A stretch of 10,587 nucleotides of DNA from Pseudomonadota bacterium (GTDB taxonomy: Bacteria > Bdellovibrionota_B > Oligoflexia > Oligoflexales > CAIYRB01), in the NCBI GenBank assembly GCA_031416315.1, contig JANOTL010000069.1:1-10587 (forward strand), in the 5' to 3' direction. Shown here piece after piece: positions 7,157-10,587 of this stretch (its first letter is position 1; every line of letters starts with the position of its first letter). The notes beneath the pieces were generated by a model, which saw only the letters and a list, made by a program, of their open reading frames with translations, was not told the DNA's origin and ran no database searches. The position numbers and the translations under genes are program-made.

Positions 7157-8062
7157 TCAGTCGGCGATCATTGTGCACTGCGTCGCGTCGACCGTGCACG
7201 TCACCCCGCCGTTCCCGCTCGCCTGGCGCTCCTTGCGGCATCGGCGCATCGCGTCCGACTGCGCGGCACGTTTCGCGGACTGGGAGGAAAAGCCGACGCC
7301 CGCGCCTTGGTAGAGGCCGACGACCGTGCTCGTACGGACGCTGCGAGCCTGCGCCTCGCAGGCGCCGGTGAAGGACTGGCCGAGGTTCGGAACCTCGGTC
7401 TCGTTCGCGGGGTCGTTGCGGCCGCCGGGGCATTTCTTCCAAACGATCGAGTACTGCTGACGAACCTCGGCGTCGACGGAATCGACCGTCAGAAGCGCGC
7501 CGCCGTCGATGTTGCGCGCGCCCGGGCTCACGTGGGCGGCGAGGCGGGTGCGTAGACGCAGCATGCGCTTGGCGCCGCAAGGCGAGAAGACGAGCGCTTC
7601 GGCATCGGCTTCGCTGGTGAGCTGGTAGTCGCGCGTCAGCGGTCCCTTGAACGACTCCTCGGCGAGAAGCGTCGGATTTTGGCTCTTCGCAAAGGCGTAG
7701 AGCGAGCGGACGTTGCCCTTGCTCTTGTCGTTGTTGAGCGACGCGTAGCCGCGCACGTCGACGCCGACGACGGCGAAGGACCAGCCCGAGGGCACCTTCA
7801 TCTTGACGTCGATCTCGCACATCTTGGCCGCTTTCGGGACGGCCTGGCTGGCCTCGACGATGAAGCTGTCGAAGAGCAGAGTAAAGGCCTTGCCGTCGGG
7901 CGCGAGGTTCGAGGCGACGCTGCCGGGGCGGCAGCCTTCGCCGCGGAAGGAGAGGTCGTCGATCGACATCTCGGTTCGCGGCGGCTCGTTGGCCAGGACC
8001 GGCGTGGCGAGCGTGAGTGCCGAGGCGAAAGCGAGGACGAGACTTTTGCGGCGCGCGGGCAT
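7157..8062 (-). CDS. Secreted DUF4360 domain protein with a C-terminal Cys-containing extension, 301 aa
   Basis: Start revised to ATG 8062 (RBS AGGGGGA upstream); the longer ORF call overlaps the gamma-CA gene. Signal peptide MPARRKSLVLAFASALTLATPVLA. DUF4360-like pattern GEGCRPGS...LAPDGKAFTLLFDSF...KMCEIDVKMKVPSGWSFAV..VDVRGYA...FSPCG...TVDSVD...WKKC. Confidence 0.88.
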   Translation of the reverse strand: MPARRKSLVLAFASALTLATPVLANEPPRTEMSIDDLSFRGEGCRPGSVASNLAPDGKAFTLLFDSFIVEASQAVPKAAKMCEIDVKMKVPSGWSFAVVGVDVRGYASLNNDKSKGNVRSLYAFAKSQNPTLLAEESFKGPLTRDYQLTSEADAEALVFSPCGAKRMLRLRTRLAAHVSPGARNIDGGALLTVDSVDAEVRQQYSIVWKKCPGGRNDPANETEVPNLGQSFTGACEAQARSVRTSTVVGLYQGAGVGFSSQSAKRAAQSDAMRRCRKERQASGNGGVTCTVDATQCTMIAD

Positions 8063-8096
8063 GGGATCCCCCTGTGAGAGAAGCTGGAACCCCGTC

Positions 8097-8112
8097 AGCA
8101 CGACTCGTGCCA
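8097..8112 (-). promoter_or_regulatory. Sigma54 (-24/-12) promoter of the DUF4360 gene
   Basis: The - strand reads TGGCACGAGTCGTGCT against consensus TGGCACG-N4-TTGCW (one mismatch), 34 bp upstream of ATG 8062 and correctly oriented. Confidence 0.75.
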
Positions 8113-8191
8113 CGAGGGCGCGCCAATTGGGACGCGCTCTTAGCTGCTTTTTACCGCGGCGACCGGTATCGTTTCTCAACCGGAGGCCCCT

Positions 8192-8719
8192 ATGTCCCAC
8201 AGCATCATCCCGTTCAAGTACGCCGGAAAGACGCATACGCCGCAGCTCGGAAAGCAGGTCTTCGTCGCCGACGGGGCGCGCTTGATCGGCGACCTCGAGG
8301 TGGGCGAGTTTTCGAGCCTCTGGTTCAACGTGGTCGTCCGCGCCGACGTACACCACGTGCGCATCGGCAAGCGGACGAACGTCCAGGACAACAGCACGGT
8401 GCACGTCACCGAAGGGCGGGCGCCGTGCTTGATCGGGGACGACGTCACGATCGGGCACAATGCGATCGTGCATGCTTGCACCGTGGAGGATCTTTGCCTG
8501 ATCGGGATGGGGGCGATCGTCCTGGATCAGGCGCTCATCAGGAAAGGGAGCGTGGTCGGGGCGGGTGCGTTGGTGACCATGGGGAAGGAATTTCCGCCGT
8601 ACTCACTGATCGTCGGATCGCCGGCGAAGGCGGTGCGGGCGTTGACGGAGGCAGAGATTCAGGGCTTGCACGAGTCGGCGGAGCACTACGTAACGACGGC
8701 TGGGCTTTACTTGCCCTGA
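8192..8719 (+). CDS. Gamma carbonic anhydrase family protein (YrdA/CamH-like left-handed beta-helix), 175 aa
   Basis: GGAGG RBS at 8182-8186. Hexapeptide repeats, WFNVVVRAD, IGKRTNVQD, metal ligands His71/His89/His94 (VHV, IGHNAIVHAC), LIGMGAIVL, GSPAK and a C-terminal helix with Tyr. Confidence 0.96.
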   Translation: MSHSIIPFKYAGKTHTPQLGKQVFVADGARLIGDLEVGEFSSLWFNVVVRADVHHVRIGKRTNVQDNSTVHVTEGRAPCLIGDDVTIGHNAIVHACTVEDLCLIGMGAIVLDQALIRKGSVVGAGALVTMGKEFPPYSLIVGSPAKAVRALTEAEIQGLHESAEHYVTTAGLYLP

Positions 8720-8752
8720 CGGCATGCTCCGCGGTCTTCGCGCCTTCGCGGG

Positions 8753-9625
8753 TTACGTTTTGCGGTTCGCGAGCCAGGCGATGAGGGCTGCGGGATCGTC
8801 GCTGATGATGCCGTCGACGCCGCAGGACATCAGCCATTCCCAGTCCTCGGGCTTGTTGGCGGTCCAGGGGATGACCTGGGCGCCCGCTTTGTGGGCCTCG
8901 TCGACGATCGCCTTGTCGACCCAGTTCATGTTGGGCGAGAAGATCTCGGCGCCGCTGGCTTTGATCAGGCCAGTGACGTCGGCGTAGGTGCCTTCCACCA
9001 GAATCGCGATCTTGATCTTCGGGTCCAGCTTCTTGACCGCGGCGAGCGAGCGATGGTCGAAGGACTGGACGACGGCGCGCTCCGTCATGCCGTGCTCTTT
9101 CAGCTTGGCGACGACCATCTTCGCGAAGGTTTGCGGATCGGGCATGACGGTGCCGGCGTATCTCGGCACGATCTTCGTCTCGATGTTGAAGCGGACGGTC
9201 TTCGCGAGGGGGAGCTTCGACTCCTTCACCAGCTTGAACACTTCGTCCAGGCTGGGGATCGACGTGCCGGCGATCGGCTTTTGCGTCGGGAAACGCGGAT
9301 GCTGCACACCGCCGCAGTCGAACTTCTTCAGCTCCGCGAGCGTCAGGGAACGCACCGGAATCTCGGTGGTGACGGGCTTTTTGTCCGGACCGAGGCAAAT
9401 CTCTTTGCTCACGAGCGGGTCGTGCGTGACGACGAGGACGTCGTCCTTGGTCACGCCGAGGTCGAGCTCGAGGACGTCGGCGCCGGTCTCGAGCGCGTAC
9501 TCGAACGCCGGCAGCGAATTCTCCGGCTTGATCGAGCGCCCGCCGCGGTGCGCCTGGACCTCGATCTTGGCGTGAGCTATGGCGGCGAACGACAACGCGA
9601 GGACGGCGAGCACGAGACGCAGCAT
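8753..9625 (-). CDS. Secreted glycerophosphodiester phosphodiesterase (GDPD, GlpQ/UgpQ family), 290 aa
   Basis: Start revised to ATG 9625 (AAAGGAG RBS). Signal peptide MLRLVLAVLALSFAAIAHA|K. Motifs AHRGG, PENSLPAF, ELDL..TKD...VVTHD, NIETK, QSFD, WTAN and GVDGIISDDP. Confidence 0.96.
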   Translation of the reverse strand: MLRLVLAVLALSFAAIAHAKIEVQAHRGGRSIKPENSLPAFEYALETGADVLELDLGVTKDDVLVVTHDPLVSKEICLGPDKKPVTTEIPVRSLTLAELKKFDCGGVQHPRFPTQKPIAGTSIPSLDEVFKLVKESKLPLAKTVRFNIETKIVPRYAGTVMPDPQTFAKMVVAKLKEHGMTERAVVQSFDHRSLAAVKKLDPKIKIAILVEGTYADVTGLIKASGAEIFSPNMNWVDKAIVDEAHKAGAQVIPWTANKPEDWEWLMSCGVDGIISDDPAALIAWLANRKT

Positions 9626-9743
9626 CTTTACGACTCCTTTACGTCCGCGAGGAAATCCCGCCGGAGGAGCGGTATCACTAACGCCGCGAGGAGCAGCAAG
9701 CAACCCCGGAGAGGATCGGGGCCGATTCCATAAGATCCAGGCC

Positions 9744-10406
9744 TCAGAACGCCGCGGAGTTGCGCAGCGCGTTGGTCGACAGCCAGGTCTTCACGCGGGC
9801 CGCGAGCGCGCCGGCGCCCTTCGCTTTGCCGACGACGTGCAACGGATAATAGTACTCCATCGTGTCGGCGATCAGGTCGGCGTCGCCGCGGTCCAAACCG
9901 AAGCGCTTGGCGTTGCGGAGCTCGTGGACGTAGGCCTGGCGCTCGGCTTCTCCGGTGCCGTCGAGTCCGGCGAGGTCCATGACGTAGATCAAGAAGAAGC
10001 TCTGGCGGCAGTGGACCTCGAGCTCGTGCGCGAGGGTCGAGGCGAGCAGGCCCCAGCTGGTGAAGGCGGAAGGGCCGATGGTGACCTGAGCCTTCTCCAT
10101 GAAGGCGCCGCGCGCGGTCAGGCCGCGGTCGCGGAGCTCGCGATCCAATTTCGGATGCTCGGCGTTCGGCGGCACCGGGATGCCGAACATGACGAGGGCG
10201 AGGTCGACCGAGTCCTGGGAGATCGCCGGCGCCGTTTGCGGGGCGACGACCTTGATGCGAGCGCTGCGGCGCTCGAACGTCTTACGGGCCTCGACCTCGC
10301 CGTGGGCACGGCTCATGGCGATGGAGAGAGGCGCGACGAGGGCGAGGAGGAAGATGAGGGAGCGGCGCCCGGAAAGGGCCGCCATCAGCGGGAGGAAGGG
10401 CTTCAC
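9744..10406 (-). CDS. Exported hypothetical protein, putative gluzincin-like metallopeptidase with HExxxH motif, about 220 aa
   Basis: GTG start at 10406 (alternative ATG at 10385). Hydrophobic signal-like segment ending AHG|E. Contains RGLT...VTIGPSAF.SWGLLASTLAHELEVH and downstream EAERQAYVHE. Codon usage is similar to the neighbours. Confidence 0.7.
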   Translation of the reverse strand: MKPFLPLMAALSGRRSLIFLLALVAPLSIAMSRAHGEVEARKTFERRSARIKVVAPQTAPAISQDSVDLALVMFGIPVPPNAEHPKLDRELRDRGLTARGAFMEKAQVTIGPSAFTSWGLLASTLAHELEVHCRQSFFLIYVMDLAGLDGTGEAERQAYVHELRNAKRFGLDRGDADLIADTMEYYYPLHVVGKAKGAGALAARVKTWLSTNALRNSAAF

Positions 10407-10507
10407 GTTTTACCACCAAGACGACGGGGAGCAGGGGAAGGCAGCGAGAGCACTCAACAGCAGCAGGGGGAGCAGCAGGTCGGTCGAAGGTCGAGAGGCG
10501 ACCTTCC

Positions 10508-10587
10508 GTGGGGAGCATGAGCAAGCCTCAGGCCAAAGGCGACCGCGCTCAACTAGGCGTGAGCACGACGATCGATGCGCCCGGCGA
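10508..10587 (+). CDS. Possible 5' end of a divergent gene, truncated by the window edge
   Basis: GTG 10508 (GAGAGG at 10493-10498) or ATG 10517 opens MSKPQAKGDRAQLGVSTTIDAPG..., with no stop before the window end. Too short to identify. Confidence 0.35.
   Translation, partial: MGSMSKPQAKGDRAQLGVSTTIDAPG

Noticed and set aside
7005..8126. 373-aa alternate-frame - strand ORF
   Set aside because: Arg/Pro-rich off-frame translation of the DUF4360 gene.
8063..8473. N-terminal extension of the DUF4360 ORF (438-aa call)
   Set aside because: It overlaps the gamma-CA gene on the opposite strand. The signal peptide, RBS and sigma54 box all point to ATG 8062.
8720..8752. Terminator between the convergent gamma-CA and GDPD genes
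   Set aside because: Only a short CCGCG/CGCGG pairing with a long loop and no U tract, which is not supportable.
9626..9703. Longer start for GDPD (316-aa call)
   Set aside because: A strong AAAGGAG RBS and the signal peptide begin at ATG 9625.
8891..10520. + strand ORFs of 280, 195 and 313 aa
   Set aside because: They are antisense shadows of the GDPD gene and the HExxxH protein gene, with no recognisable motifs.

Overview
GC-rich bacterial chromosomal window with 7 complete CDSs, the 3' end of a gene on the left edge and a possible gene start on the right edge. In order: (+) tail of a protein ending in perfect PGQGN tandem repeats, followed by a strong hairpin terminator; (-) 934-aa membrane-anchored beta-rich envelope protein (AsmA/TamB-like by architecture only); (+) 879-aa lipoprotein metzincin zinc metalloprotease; (+) exported, probably lipoprotein, mini-catalase of the catalase-like heme superfamily; (-) secreted DUF4360 protein with an extra 4-Cys C-terminal module and a near-consensus sigma54 promoter; (+) gamma-class carbonic anhydrase family protein; (-) secreted glycerophosphodiester phosphodiesterase; (-) exported gluzincin-like protein with a non-canonical HExxxH motif. 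Six of the seven complete genes carry an export or anchor signal. The content suggests a Gram-negative, possibly predatory lineage such as Bdellovibrionota/Oligoflexia or Myxococcota, but this is inference only. I see no CRISPR array, mobile element or RNA gene. The genes alternate in orientation, so I cannot claim a single novel system. The best leads are the HExxxH protein, the exported mini-catalase, the DUF4360 fusion and the orphan beta-rich protein.
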